A DNA stretch of 64,000 nucleotides from Candidatus Odyssella sp. (GTDB lineage: Bacteria; Pseudomonadota; Alphaproteobacteria; Paracaedibacterales; CAITNM01). The DNA is taken from the NCBI GenBank assembly GCA_020726185.1, contig DYTB01000001.1, positions 66,526 to 130,525 on the forward strand. Direction: 5' to 3'. Shown here piece by piece: positions 44,368-54,996 of this stretch. The translations under genes were made by a program, and so were the position numbers. The notes beneath the pieces are model-generated. The model was not told the origin of the DNA. It did no database searches and worked only from the letters and a program-made list of their open reading frames with translations. Numbering within the stretch: position 1 is the stretch's first letter; each line of letters begins with the position of its first letter.

Positions 44368-47300
44368 CTATGCAACAGAAACCTTTATCATTTCGCGCTT
44401 CTTTTTAGTGAAGTAGCTATAAAAAGCAGGTACAACAAACAAAGTAAACAATGTGCCAATCGTCATGCCGCCCACAATAACCCATCCTAATTGGCGACGA
44501 CTTTCTGAACCAGCGCCAGCAGCAAGTGCCAATGGCAATGCGCCTAATACCATAGCGCATGTTGTCATTAAAATTGGCCGCAAACGAATTTTACATGATT
44601 GAATAATAGCATTTTCAATACTTGCTCCATCTTCATCACGCATCTGGTTTGCGTACGTAACCATTAAAATTCCATGCTTTGTAATTAGCCCAATCAACGT
44701 AATCAACCCAATGTTCGAATACAAATTCAAGCTACCGCCTTCTAAAAAGGCTAAGGTAATGACGGCACCCGTAAGTGACAGCGGCACACTGAGCATAATA
44801 ATAAAGGGGTCACGCCAGCTTTCGAACTGTGCAGCCATAATCAGGTAAATAAACGCAATTGCTAATCCGAACACAAGAAGCATCATGGGGCCTTCTGTTA
44901 AAAATCGCTTTGCTTCTCCCATAAAGTCAATACGGTAATCGGTTGTTGTTAAGTCTTTTGATATAGTTTCAACTAAATTAATACCATCTTTCATGCTGTA
45001 TTCTGGTTTCAAAACACCCGAGAGCATTACTGAGCGCATACGGTTTGTGTGTTGAATTTCAACAGGTCCTGATCTCGAATTAATCACCACAAGTTCAGAC
45101 AAAGGAACCAATGTTCCATCTTTATCAGCTGCTTTTACGAAAAGATTTGTAATGTCATCTGGGCTCTGGCGCGCAGCATTTTCAACTTGCACCATAACAT
45201 CGTAGTTTTTATTATTTTTCTTGAATTTGTCTGCTTTTTTACCCTTAATTAATGCGGAAATTGTTTCAGCAATAGCATCAGGTTCAATGCCTAAGGAAGA
45301 AATTTTATCACGCAAAACGCTAACAGTATAATCTGCTACATCACCGCGTCCATTATTGAATATAGCTTGGAAATAACCAGAATGGTGCAATTCTCCCCAG
45401 AGAGTTCCTGACATTGCTTGAAGTTCTTGAAATGTTTTATTAGCTCGAATAACAAAATCAACCGCGCGTCCACTGTCACCGCCGCCGCCTCCACTACCAG
45501 AACCAGTATCAATTTTTACCTGAATTCCTGTAATTGTTTCAATAGATTCACGTATTTGAGCAGCAATTTCTTCTGTGCTTCGTTGTCGTTCTTTATTATT
45601 TTTAAGAATAATACTTCCATCAAAAGATGGATTGGTAATAGAAATAACTCGACGTTCAACTTCAGGAATTTTATTAATAGCATCATCAAGCAGCTGTACG
45701 TAACGTTCAGTGTAAGCAAGTGTCGAGCTTTGTGGCGATTGTCCTTCAATTTTAATAATACCTTGGTCTTCTGAGGGAGTTGTTTCAGCAGGCAAATATT
45801 GATAGGTTGTGTACCCTAAACAAGCAATCCCAACTGCAGTTAAAGCTACAGTCAATTTTTTTGGCATTAACATGTTTAGAATATGTTCGTACTTAGTTTT
45901 TAAATCAACCATCCAAGTATCTGTTAGAAAATAATCTTTAAATTTATCCCAAGAAGAAAAATTATTTTTGTTAAGATTTTCTTTTTTTGCATGATCGTCA
46001 TCACCTAATAGGCGGGCGCACATCATGGGTGAAAGGGTAAGTGCCGCAAAACCAGATAACAAAACAGCGCCAGCAAGAGTAATTGAAAATTCAACCAAAA
46101 ATTTTCCAATACGTCCACTGGCTAATGAAACAGGGGCATATACTGCAACAAGCGTAAGTGTCATTGCAACAATTGCAAAACTAATTTCACGAATACCCTT
46201 ATAAGTTGCTTCGAAAGGTTTCATACCTAATTCACGGTTTCTATGCACACTTTCAAGAACGACAATGGCGTCATCTACTACCAAACCAATGGCCAAAACC
46301 ATAGCCATTAGAGTCAACGAATTTAATGTAAAGTTCAGCAAATACATTAAAAATAATGCACCAATCAACGATACAGGGATTGTCACCAGTGGAATAATTG
46401 ACGCACGAACTGACCGCAAAAAGAAAACAACCACTAAAATAACCAGCAGAGTTGTTTCAAAAAGCGTGCGATATACTTCATGAATAGACCGTTCAATAAA
46501 AGTTGTTGTGTCACTTGCTACGTGAATTGTGATGTTGTCAGGCAAGCTCTTTTTTACTCGCTCAACAACAGCCTTAACACCGCGAGCAACATCAATGGGG
46601 TTAGCATTAGACTGCTTAACAATGCCGATGCTAATACCAGCCTTTCCATTAAAATATGTTTTTGTTTTTCTATCATCAGAATCGATTTCAGCACGGCCAA
46701 TATCACGCAACCTTACAAGAAAGTCTTTTCTAGGTGCCACAATCATGTTTTCAAATTCTTCAGGCTTTTCTAGCGATGCAACCGTTGTGACTGAATATTC
46801 ACGGTCCTTTGAAATAAGTTTTCCAGCAGGTTTTTCGATATTTTGTTTTTTAACTTGATGCAAAACTTCAGAGACGGTTATGTTGTAGGCAGCTAGGCTT
46901 AGCGGATTTAGGTAAATTCTCATTACGTAGTCACTGGCACCTAAGATATCAACACGTGCTGCACCGCTAACGGCTTCTAATTCTTTCTCTAGCTCACGCT
47001 TTGCAAAATCATGTAATTCACCTGCATCAAGTGCTGAAGAAGTTAATGCCAATGTGATAATTGCTCTGTCGTCAGCGCGCGATTTAGATAAAACTGGCTG
47101 TGTTGCATCCATGGGCATGCGTTCTTGGTTTTTTGCCAAACGATCTCGAATATCGTTAACAGCATCTTCACTTTTGCGTTCTGGTCGGAACGTCACAATA
47201 ACTTTTGAATCTTCTGAATTACTTATCGATTCAATTTGATCAACGCCTTCAACGCTAGAAACAGAATCTTCAATAATTCTGGTGACAGTTGTTTCAACAA

Positions 47301-47472
47301 CTTCTGGGCTAGCGCCAGGAAGCGTACATTCAATTGTAATGGTGGTATTGGAAACAGTAGGCATTGCTTGTAAAGGTAGTCTGTAAGCGCCTACAGCACC
47401 TAACAGCACCAAAATAAGCGTCATCACCCATGCAAAAACTGGACGCTCAATACAAACTTCGGAAATACGCAT
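44368..47472 (-). CDS. RND-family efflux transporter (AcrB/HAE1-like inner-membrane pump)
   Basis: The 1034-aa protein has a 12-TM RND architecture with two large periplasmic loops. The N-terminus reads ERPVFAWVMTLILVLLG, and VVDDAIVVLES is present. Confidence 0.9.
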   Translation of the reverse strand: MRISEVCIERPVFAWVMTLILVLLGAVGAYRLPLQAMPTVSNTTITIECTLPGASPEVVETTVTRIIEDSVSSVEGVDQIESISNSEDSKVIVTFRPERKSEDAVNDIRDRLAKNQERMPMDATQPVLSKSRADDRAIITLALTSSALDAGELHDFAKRELEKELEAVSGAARVDILGASDYVMRIYLNPLSLAAYNITVSEVLHQVKKQNIEKPAGKLISKDREYSVTTVASLEKPEEFENMIVAPRKDFLVRLRDIGRAEIDSDDRKTKTYFNGKAGISIGIVKQSNANPIDVARGVKAVVERVKKSLPDNITIHVASDTTTFIERSIHEVYRTLFETTLLVILVVVFFLRSVRASIIPLVTIPVSLIGALFLMYLLNFTLNSLTLMAMVLAIGLVVDDAIVVLESVHRNRELGMKPFEATYKGIREISFAIVAMTLTLVAVYAPVSLASGRIGKFLVEFSITLAGAVLLSGFAALTLSPMMCARLLGDDDHAKKENLNKNNFSSWDKFKDYFLTDTWMVDLKTKYEHILNMLMPKKLTVALTAVGIACLGYTTYQYLPAETTPSEDQGIIKIEGQSPQSSTLAYTERYVQLLDDAINKIPEVERRVISITNPSFDGSIILKNNKERQRSTEEIAAQIRESIETITGIQVKIDTGSGSGGGGGDSGRAVDFVIRANKTFQELQAMSGTLWGELHHSGYFQAIFNNGRGDVADYTVSVLRDKISSLGIEPDAIAETISALIKGKKADKFKKNNKNYDVMVQVENAARQSPDDITNLFVKAADKDGTLVPLSELVVINSRSGPVEIQHTNRMRSVMLSGVLKPEYSMKDGINLVETISKDLTTTDYRIDFMGEAKRFLTEGPMMLLVFGLAIAFIYLIMAAQFESWRDPFIIMLSVPLSLTGAVITLAFLEGGSLNLYSNIGLITLIGLITKHGILMVTYANQMRDEDGASIENAIIQSCKIRLRPILMTTCAMVLGALPLALAAGAGSESRRQLGWVIVGGMTIGTLFTLFVVPAFYSYFTKKKREMIKVSVA

Positions 47473-47481
47473 CGTTCCCCG

Positions 47482-48627
47482 CTACAGCATTACTTTTACA
47501 GATGGATCAGGCATATTTGAAATTTTAACTTTTGCACCATCACTAAGCTTGATTTGCCCTGAGGTAACAACAATTTGACCAGGCTGCAACCCAGCAACAA
47601 TTTCAACTTGTCCATTTTCACGTGATCCAGTCAGTACACGACGCTTTTCAGCGCGTCCTCTTTCTACTACCCACACAAATTCAATTTCACCGATTCTCTC
47701 AATTGAAGACTCATCTACAGTCATGGTATTGCCTTTTTCACCCACAATAAGGCTTACATTCGCAAACAGACCATCGCGCAATAAATTATCAGGGTTGGGA
47801 ATAACGCCTTTTACTTGCACACTGTGACTTTCTTGTTCAACCTTAGCATCAACTGCTTCTATCATGCCTGTGAATACTTGATCTTTAAACGCGCTGACTT
47901 TTACTTCAACAACTTGTCCCACGCCTATATCGTGCACATTTTTCTCAGGAACTTTAAATGTAACCTTAACAGACTTATTGTCGACAACTGTTACTAAATC
48001 AGTAGCTCCTTGAACAAATGCTCCAGCACTTATGTTCATAATGCCAATTGTTCCATCAAAAGGTGCTTTAATATTAGCTTTTTCAAGATTTGCTTTTGCT
48101 TGTAAAAGCTTGCCTTCTGTCATTTTCATACTGGCATTCGCTTCATCAAGTTTTTTATTGCTTTCAACTTTTTGCTCATGCAATTTCGAAATGCGCTCTA
48201 AGTTTGCTTTTGCATTTTCATGCTCACCTTCAGCTATTTGAACAGCTGCACGATATTCAGCATCTTCAAAGCGAATAATTAAATCACCTTTTTTAACGGC
48301 TCCACCTTCGGTGAATAATAACTCAGCAATACGTCCGCTTAATTCTGATTTAATGACCACCATAGCGTTAGCGCGCATATGCCCAACCGTGTTTATGCGC
48401 TTGCTAACAGTGCCCAAAGTTACTGTCTGTGCTTCAATAACACGCACTCGTTGTTCTCTATCAATAACACGATCTGTGCTCATTGCTGCAACGCAGATCG
48501 AGCGTGTTACTGGTTTGCCAACCCGCAGAACTACAAACCACAATGACAAAAAACAAATAATTATTGCCAAAATGGCTAACACTGCTTGGCTTGCTTTTAG
48601 AGTCTTTAGAAAACGAAAATAATACAT
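47482..48627 (-). CDS. RND efflux membrane-fusion (periplasmic adaptor) protein
   Basis: The 381-aa ORF has an N-terminal TM anchor, lipoyl/coiled-coil/beta-barrel patterns (GDLIIRFED, AKANLEKANIKAPFDGTIG), and lies directly upstream of the RND pump. Confidence 0.88.
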   Translation of the reverse strand: MYYFRFLKTLKASQAVLAILAIIICFLSLWFVVLRVGKPVTRSICVAAMSTDRVIDREQRVRVIEAQTVTLGTVSKRINTVGHMRANAMVVIKSELSGRIAELLFTEGGAVKKGDLIIRFEDAEYRAAVQIAEGEHENAKANLERISKLHEQKVESNKKLDEANASMKMTEGKLLQAKANLEKANIKAPFDGTIGIMNISAGAFVQGATDLVTVVDNKSVKVTFKVPEKNVHDIGVGQVVEVKVSAFKDQVFTGMIEAVDAKVEQESHSVQVKGVIPNPDNLLRDGLFANVSLIVGEKGNTMTVDESSIERIGEIEFVWVVERGRAEKRRVLTGSRENGQVEIVAGLQPGQIVVTSGQIKLSDGAKVKISNMPDPSVKVML

Positions 48628-48766
48628 TTTTACTTTTTTCTCTCACAGTGCATTTAATGTAGCGCAAGGACTTTAACAATTCATTAAAACCTCTATCTTC
48701 TCTTAATGCCAGAAAAAAGGTTGACCTTCAACCGCTAATTCACTATAAACATAGAGTAAGTATTTG

Positions 48767-48842
48767 GGGCCCTTAGCTCAGTTGGTAGAGCATCTGACTT
48801 TTAATCAGGGGGTCGAAGGTTCGAATCCTTCAGGGCCCACCA
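48767..48842 (+). tRNA. tRNA-Lys, anticodon TTT, with CCA encoded
   Basis: A manual cloverleaf fold works. The acceptor is GGGCCCT/AGGGCCC and the anticodon stem is TCTGA/TCAGG with loop CTTTTAA. The T arm is GAAGG-TTCGAAT-CCTTC, for 76 nt in total. Confidence 0.9.
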
Positions 48843-48854
48843 CTTTTACGACTC

Positions 48855-49595
48855 TTGAGTACATTGAAACGTTATCGATTTATCCTTGAATATGATGGTT
48901 CACGTTTCTTCGGTTGGCAGCGTCAGCCCATAGAACCAACAGTTCAGCAAACATTAGAAGACCAATTAGTTTTTTTTGTAAAACACCCGGTCACTATTCA
49001 TGGAGCCGGAAGAACAGACACTGGCGTTCATGCCACAGGTCAAGTTGCCCATGCAGATTTAAATTATCCACATAGTTCATACAGGCTTCAGGTAGCGCTT
49101 AACCATTTTTTGATCAAAAAAGGTCTTAGTGTTATTGCATGTGATGAAATTGACTCAGATTTTCACGCACGCTACAGCGCCACTTCAAGAGAATACCAAT
49201 ACGACATTCTCAACAGAACAGCTCCTGGCGTTTGGAACGCAAAAGTTTGGCACGTAAGGCCACTAAATACAGAAGCGATGCATGAGGCTGCACAGCACAT
49301 TGTAGGCACTTATGATTTTTCTTCTTTTCGTGACAGCAAATGCCAAAGCAAAAGCCCAATTAAAACACTTTCGTATTTTAGTATTAAACGCCATGGAGAG
49401 CTGATTACAGCTCAGCTCAAAGCGCCATCATTCTTGCACCATCAAGTTCGTATTATGATGGGCACGCTGAAAGCCGTTGGTGCTGGCATGATTAGTTTAG
49501 ATGAATTTATTAAAATTCGTGATGAAAAAGATAGAACAAAAGCTGGAGCGACAGCTCCTCCTGACGGATTAACTCTCACGCAAGTATGGTATTAA
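48855..49595 (+). CDS. truA: tRNA pseudouridine(38-40) synthase
   Basis: The 246-aa ORF contains YDGSRFFGWQRQP and GAGRTDTGVHATGQVAH (catalytic Asp context). Confidence 0.92.
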   Translation: MSTLKRYRFILEYDGSRFFGWQRQPIEPTVQQTLEDQLVFFVKHPVTIHGAGRTDTGVHATGQVAHADLNYPHSSYRLQVALNHFLIKKGLSVIACDEIDSDFHARYSATSREYQYDILNRTAPGVWNAKVWHVRPLNTEAMHEAAQHIVGTYDFSSFRDSKCQSKSPIKTLSYFSIKRHGELITAQLKAPSFLHHQVRIMMGTLKAVGAGMISLDEFIKIRDEKDRTKAGATAPPDGLTLTQVWY

Positions 49596-49627
49596 AGAAA
49601 TGGCCACACTAAGTGGCCATTATATTT

Positions 49628-49927
49628 TTAATGAACGTCTGCGTCTAAATCAGCAGGTAGATCTCCAAATCCAGGATCTTCCTCTTCTTCTAGTAGAGCA
49701 GGATCAACAACAGCAGAATCAGCACCATCTACCAGTGCTAAATCAAAATCATCCAAAGGTAGCACTACCTCTTTTGCTGATGCGCGTTCACGTTTACCAC
49801 GCATAGTTGTGTGAACCTCACACGTTGCTCCACATTTTGGGCATATTGCCGGAGACTTACGAAGATCATAAAACCGCGCACTACATCCATTACATGTACG
49901 CTTTACACCCCAAGATAATTCAGCCAC
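49628..49927 (-). CDS. FYDLN_acid family protein (TIGR02300-like zinc ribbon with an acidic tail)
   Basis: The N-terminus reads GVKRTCNGCSARFYDLRKSPAICPKCG and is followed by an acidic C-terminus. Confidence 0.7.
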   Translation of the reverse strand: MAELSWGVKRTCNGCSARFYDLRKSPAICPKCGATCEVHTTMRGKRERASAKEVVLPLDDFDLALVDGADSAVVDPALLEEEEDPGFGDLPADLDADVH

Positions 49928-50116
49928 TTTATTCCTTCAAAAAATTTACCTATTAGTTGGAAATGCCATGAAATTAAATTTTTGTCAAAAGGTTTATGCA
50001 AAAATGTAGCAGCAAATTGAGAATGTCCTAATTTATATGAGCTTATATATAAAGCCATGATATTGGTAAACTTGGGAATATCCAGTACAATTAGGCAGTT
50101 CTTCATTTTTTAATGC

Positions 50117-51202
50117 GTGATGTGGAAATTTCTAGTTTGTATTGCTTTTACTTGTTTGTGTGTCGCCCAAAAGGGTGAAAATACGACACCACTAAATGTA
50201 TCTTATCAAAAAAATACAATTTCTCATGGAAAATCACCGGCTATAACGGCAAATCCGGATTACGTAAAAATCAAAAGCGGACAAAAGCTTGTAACTGATG
50301 TGGACATTGACGATGTGGTTGCTCAAAAAATTGTAAGCAATTATAAAATCAAAGACTTACAAAATTTGTGGAAAGTTGAAAGCCTTGTAAGTTTAGGTCT
50401 TTTGCTCGGTCGCTTAGGAGTAATATTAATAATTTTTGCTGTGATGTGGAAAGTAACGAACCGCTTTACCAATAGTTTTGTTAATTCAGTGCTGAAACGT
50501 ACCTATAAGCATCAGAAGTACTCTGATTCGCAAGCTTTGGCGAATACTGCCGGTCCTATTTTAAATTCAATTCTTCATTGGGTTTTGATATGCATTACCT
50601 TGCTGATTGTGCTTGCTGAAATTGGCGTTGATATTATGCCAATTATCTATAGCTTCGGCGTTCTAGGTTTGGCTATTTCAATCGGTGCTCAAACCTTGGT
50701 AAAGGATATTATTTCAGGGATTCTAACCTTATTTGAAGGAATCATTTCTGTAGGTGAGATTGTTGAGATAAATGGGAATATTGGGACAATCGAAGGGATG
50801 TCGCTTAGGTCTATTGAATTTCGTCACAGCAATGGAACAATGCAGGTAGTTTCATTTTCTGAAATAAGCAGTTTGATTAACCTTTCCAGGGATTATTCTG
50901 TATGTAGTATTGTTGTGCCAGTTAGTCATGAAGCTGATATAGAAAAAGTCGAAGAGATCTATTCTAACGTTTTTAGCAAATTGAAAACCAGCGATGAATG
51001 GAAAGATGAAATTATTGGTGATATTGAAATTAAGGGAATTTTTTCGATAACAGAAACGGCTATTTATATTAAAGCATGTATGCGTATAAAGCCTGATCCT
51101 TATGACCTTTTTGGGCAAGAATTTCGTAAACAGCTTTTTATGAAAATGAAAGAATGCAAGATTCCTGCACCAAAATTTGCTAACGTGATGCTTGAGAATT
51201 AA
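50117..51202 (+). CDS. Small-conductance mechanosensitive channel (MscS family)
   Basis: TM helices are followed by the MscS core pattern LAISIGAQTLVKDIISGILTLFEGIISVGEIVEINGNIGTIEGMSLRSIEFRHSNG. Confidence 0.8.
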   Translation: MMWKFLVCIAFTCLCVAQKGENTTPLNVSYQKNTISHGKSPAITANPDYVKIKSGQKLVTDVDIDDVVAQKIVSNYKIKDLQNLWKVESLVSLGLLLGRLGVILIIFAVMWKVTNRFTNSFVNSVLKRTYKHQKYSDSQALANTAGPILNSILHWVLICITLLIVLAEIGVDIMPIIYSFGVLGLAISIGAQTLVKDIISGILTLFEGIISVGEIVEINGNIGTIEGMSLRSIEFRHSNGTMQVVSFSEISSLINLSRDYSVCSIVVPVSHEADIEKVEEIYSNVFSKLKTSDEWKDEIIGDIEIKGIFSITETAIYIKACMRIKPDPYDLFGQEFRKQLFMKMKECKIPAPKFANVMLEN

Positions 51203-51213
51203 AAGCTAGGATT

Positions 51214-51816
51214 TTGCTTATGTTAACGCACGCTGACATTTTGCCTCTGCAAACTTTTGAACAAATTCGTTCTTCAAAAAAACAAGAAATTTTGCAGCTA
51301 AAAAAGAACCGTCGGGTTGCCGTAGGCCCTGATGTGACTTTTTATTTTGAAAACACTCAAACAATATGGTGGCAAATTCAAGAAATGCTTCGTATTGAAA
51401 AGGGTGGAGATGAACAAATAACAGATGAACTTTCTGCATATAATCCTATGATTCCTGGTAGGTGTGAAAAAGGTTATGAGATATCAGCCACGATGATGAT
51501 TGAAATTGATGATGAAGTGCGTAGAAAAGTAGTGCTGAGTCAATTGTTTGGTATTGATCAGCACATCATGTTTGAATTGCCAAATGCAACAATTCCGGCG
51601 TTTAGTATTGACCCGACGGAAGAAAGAAATCGTGAATCCGACCACAAAACATCTGCAGTGCATTTTTTGAAATGGGTGGTGCCTGCTGATAAGGTTAGTG
51701 CATTTTTGAGTGAAGAGTCTTATCTTATGATTAATCATCCATATTATTCATTCAAAGCAAGCGTTTCATTGGCTTTAAAAGATAGTTTTAAGGCAGATTT
51801 TGAAGTGATGAATTAA
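51214..51816 (+). CDS. DUF3501-family protein
   Basis: The sequence NRRVAVGPDVTFYFENTQTIWWQIQEMLRIEKG...ELSAYNPMIP...ATMMIEIDD matches my recollection of the DUF3501 consensus. Confidence 0.55.
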   Translation: MLMLTHADILPLQTFEQIRSSKKQEILQLKKNRRVAVGPDVTFYFENTQTIWWQIQEMLRIEKGGDEQITDELSAYNPMIPGRCEKGYEISATMMIEIDDEVRRKVVLSQLFGIDQHIMFELPNATIPAFSIDPTEERNRESDHKTSAVHFLKWVVPADKVSAFLSEESYLMINHPYYSFKASVSLALKDSFKADFEVMN

Positions 51817-51884
51817 TAAGTTTTTGCACATATAATGCGCCCTTAGGTTTACCTGCTGAAAGGTAAGTAAACCCAAGTAGCTTT

Positions 51885-53543
51885 TTAAAATGCCTCATTC
51901 TTTACAAAATGCACTTCAGTAATGGGTTTTTTACCAAAACGTTGATTACATTCTTGTTTGACAGCACGTTGCAGTGCCTCAACGTAATTTTTTTCTTTGC
52001 CTAGGTTGTTCCGCATTGTGCGACGAACTATGTTTTGCATATCTTCCTGTAGTTTTTGTGCTTCTTCACCGGGTTCAACAACACCGTAAGAACTCACCAC
52101 AGGTGTGCCTTGCATTTGATAAATATCATCAACTGGAATACTTAAGAAAATAACGCCTTGAACGGAAATTTTCTGGCGTTCTTTTAAGATAAGGCTTTGC
52201 ATATTAACTAAGCATTTTCCATCAATACCCCAACGTCCAGAATCTACGGTATCAATTATCTTAGGGGCTTTTCCAGATAGCTCAATAAGAGTGCCATTAG
52301 AGGGCACTAGAGCTTGTTTGATGCCATTTGCTAATCCAAGTTCTGCTTGGGCATGCATGTGGCGTGCTTCACCGTGTACTGGGATTAGTGATTGAGGTTT
52401 TATCCACTTGTACATAGATTTTAAATCTTCTTGAGCAGGGTGCCCCGACACGTGTACTGCTTTTTCATGAGAAGTAATAATACGAATGCCCTGATGAATT
52501 AAGCGATTCTGCATAGCTGAAATGGTACGTTCATTTCCTGGAATAACTCTGGAAGAGAATATGACCGTATCACCTTCATCGAGAGATACTGTTTGGTGAT
52601 CACGTTGAGAAACTCGCGCTAGTGCGGAACGGTATTCACCTTGTGAACCAGTGCTTATGAATAATACTTTATCGCGTGGCATATCCATGGCTTGTTCTGC
52701 CGGTATAAAACCTAGCAATTCTTTCAGGTAGCCGGTAAGCGTTGCGGCGCGGATCATTTTTTCAAGTGAACGGCCCAGCAATGCAACTTTTCTACCATTC
52801 TTATGCGCAGCATAAGCAATAGATTCTACACGAGCGACATTTGAAGAGAAACAACATGCAACAATACGACCATTTGGAATTTGATCTATGAGTTTTTCAA
52901 ATTCATCACGTACGTCACCTTCTGATCCGGTTGATCCTTCATCAAATACATTTGTTGAGTCACATATTAAAGCTAAGACTCCTTCTTCTCCAATTTCCTT
53001 TAAGCGATTTTCGTTTGTTGCTTCGCCCAAAAGTGGTTGAGGATCAATTTTCCAGTCGCCTGTATGCAATACGCAGCCTAGTTCCGTTCGAATTGCCAAC
53101 GCATTTGGTTCAGGAATAGAGTGTGTTAAAGTAATATATTCAACATCAAATGAACCAATTTGTACTCTGCCAGAGAGAGGCACTTCAATAATTTTTACTT
53201 GCTTTGCCCAGGACTTTTTTTCTAGTTTTTGACGCAATATTTGAGCGGTAAAAGGTGTTGCGTAAACTGGGCATTTTAAATAGGGCCATAGATAAGGAAC
53301 TGCTCCAATATGATCTTCATGAGCATGGGTTAACACCAGTGCTTTAATGCTATCAGCATGCTCTAGTATGGCTGATGGGCCTGGCATAATGATATCAATG
53401 CCCAAACGGTCACCGAAAGTAATACCACAATCTACAATAATCCATTCATTATTGTGACCAAAGAGGTTAAGATTCATACCGATTTCGCCGGCTCCACCAA
53501 GTGGTAAAAACCAGAAATTAGTCTTTTTAGGAGTGTTTAACAC
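51885..53543 (-). CDS. rnj: Ribonuclease J
   Basis: The 552-aa ORF has the metallo-beta-lactamase motif THAHEDHIGAVPYL and a beta-CASP region. The N-terminus reads FLPLGGAGEIGMN. Confidence 0.88.
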   Translation of the reverse strand: MLNTPKKTNFWFLPLGGAGEIGMNLNLFGHNNEWIIVDCGITFGDRLGIDIIMPGPSAILEHADSIKALVLTHAHEDHIGAVPYLWPYLKCPVYATPFTAQILRQKLEKKSWAKQVKIIEVPLSGRVQIGSFDVEYITLTHSIPEPNALAIRTELGCVLHTGDWKIDPQPLLGEATNENRLKEIGEEGVLALICDSTNVFDEGSTGSEGDVRDEFEKLIDQIPNGRIVACCFSSNVARVESIAYAAHKNGRKVALLGRSLEKMIRAATLTGYLKELLGFIPAEQAMDMPRDKVLFISTGSQGEYRSALARVSQRDHQTVSLDEGDTVIFSSRVIPGNERTISAMQNRLIHQGIRIITSHEKAVHVSGHPAQEDLKSMYKWIKPQSLIPVHGEARHMHAQAELGLANGIKQALVPSNGTLIELSGKAPKIIDTVDSGRWGIDGKCLVNMQSLILKERQKISVQGVIFLSIPVDDIYQMQGTPVVSSYGVVEPGEEAQKLQEDMQNIVRRTMRNNLGKEKNYVEALQRAVKQECNQRFGKKPITEVHFVKNEAF

Positions 53544-53552
53544 GGAAATTCC

Positions 53553-54491
53553 TTAAATTGTATTTTCAAAAATGATATTTGTGCCCCGGTATCCATTTAA
53601 AAAATCACTGCACGAAACAGGTTTAGATCCGGATCTTTGCAGTATTTTAAGCTGTATTGCTCCTTTTTTGCAAGAAATTATCAACTTATGGTCATTTGTT
53701 ACAACCCAAGTTCCTGCAGGATAGACGCTAATATTCGCTACTTTTGCAGCTTCTATGACTTTTATAATTTCTCCGTCAAGAATTGCTGTGGTGCCAGGCC
53801 AAGGTGTTAAGGCGCGAATTTTTCGTAAAATTGTATCGGCGTCGGAGTCAAAATTCAGGGTGCTTTCTTCCTTCTTGAGCTTATGGGCATAAGTAACTCC
53901 ATCAAAAAGTTGAGCTGTTGATTCAATTTTCTTTAAAATAATTTTTGGCAAAGCTTCAAGTAATGACTCTGTTCCAAGCGTTAGCATTTTATCATGGAGC
54001 GTTTGGCTTGTATCAGCGCTTTCGACAGGAATTTTTTTAATAAGAAGCATAGCACCAGTATCTAGGCCTTCGTCCATTTGCATAATTGTGATGCCTGTTT
54101 CTGTATCACCTGCTTCAATAGCTCTGTGAATGGGGGCGGCACCTCTCCAGCGTGGCAGCAACGATGCATGGATATTAATGCAACCTAGTTTTGGGGCGTC
54201 TAGAATTTGTTTGGGGAGCAATAGACCATAAGCAGCTACAATGGCTATATCGGCATTTAGCAGAGCAAATTTTTCCTGTTCTGCTTGTGATTTCAGGGCT
54301 ACAGGTGTGTACACAGGAATATTTTGCTCTTGTGCAAACTGATGCACAGGCGATAAGGTTTCCGCATGTCCTCTTCCCTTTGGTCGGGGAGGTTGCGTAT
54401 ACACAGCTATAACTGAATAGCCAGCTTTCACCAAAGCTTGTAAGGGATAAAGGGCAAATTCTGGAGTGCCCATAAATATAATTTTAGTCAT
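53553..54491 (-). CDS. fmt: Methionyl-tRNA formyltransferase
   Basis: The sequence reads MTKIIFMGTPEFA...NIHASLLPRWRGAAPIHRAI..GD.ETG.TIMQMDEGLDTG. Confidence 0.93.
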   Translation of the reverse strand: MTKIIFMGTPEFALYPLQALVKAGYSVIAVYTQPPRPKGRGHAETLSPVHQFAQEQNIPVYTPVALKSQAEQEKFALLNADIAIVAAYGLLLPKQILDAPKLGCINIHASLLPRWRGAAPIHRAIEAGDTETGITIMQMDEGLDTGAMLLIKKIPVESADTSQTLHDKMLTLGTESLLEALPKIILKKIESTAQLFDGVTYAHKLKKEESTLNFDSDADTILRKIRALTPWPGTTAILDGEIIKVIEAAKVANISVYPAGTWVVTNDHKLIISCKKGAIQLKILQRSGSKPVSCSDFLNGYRGTNIIFENTI

Positions 54492-54621
54492 TGTTTTTTT
54501 ATTGAATATTTGTGCTTAGTATAATGTTCAACCAGGCATCAGCAAAGAAAAACATTTATGCGTCTTGGTAATTTCAGATGTTTTGCGTAGAATAAATCAC
54601 AATAAAGCCTGAGATTTAGCC

Positions 54622-54993
54622 ATGGCACTTGATGCATATTTCCCTATTTTAGTTTTTTTTGCTGTGGCATTTGGCTTTGCGGCATTGTTATTGGGAATAT
54701 CTTGGATGCGTAGCAAGCGTAATCCTTATGCACAGAAAAATGCTCCATACGAATGCGGTTTTGATTCATTTGATGCGCCTGAAAAAAATGCGCGTCGACA
54801 GTTTGATGTGCAATTTTATTTAGTAGCGATTCTTTTTATTATTTTTGATTTGGAAATAGCGTTTTTGTTCCCTTGGGCAATATCGCTGGAATATATTGGG
54901 TGGCCAGGCTTTTGGTCAATGATGATTTTTCTAGGGATTCTAACCATTGGTTTTGTGTATGAATGGCGAAAGGGCGCGCTTGATTGGCGTTAA
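54622..54993 (+). CDS. nuoA: NADH-quinone oxidoreductase subunit A
   Basis: The 123-aa ORF has 3 TM helices and contains YECGF and [12 protein letters not shown]. Confidence 0.92.
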   Translation: MALDAYFPILVFFAVAFGFAALLLGISWMRSKRNPYAQKNAPYECGFDSFDAPEKNARRQFDVQFYLVAILFIIFDLEIAFLFPWAISLEYIGWPGFWSMMIFLGILTIGFVYEWRKGALDWR

Positions 54994-54996
54994 TGT

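Noticed and set aside
44082-44375. A 97-aa minus-strand ORF treated as an independent gene between the RND pump and the M16 peptidase.
   Set aside because: It starts at a TTG overlapping the RND stop. Its C-terminal third encodes the missing N-terminal strand of the M16 peptidase in a shifted frame, so it is a remnant of that gene and not a separate CDS.
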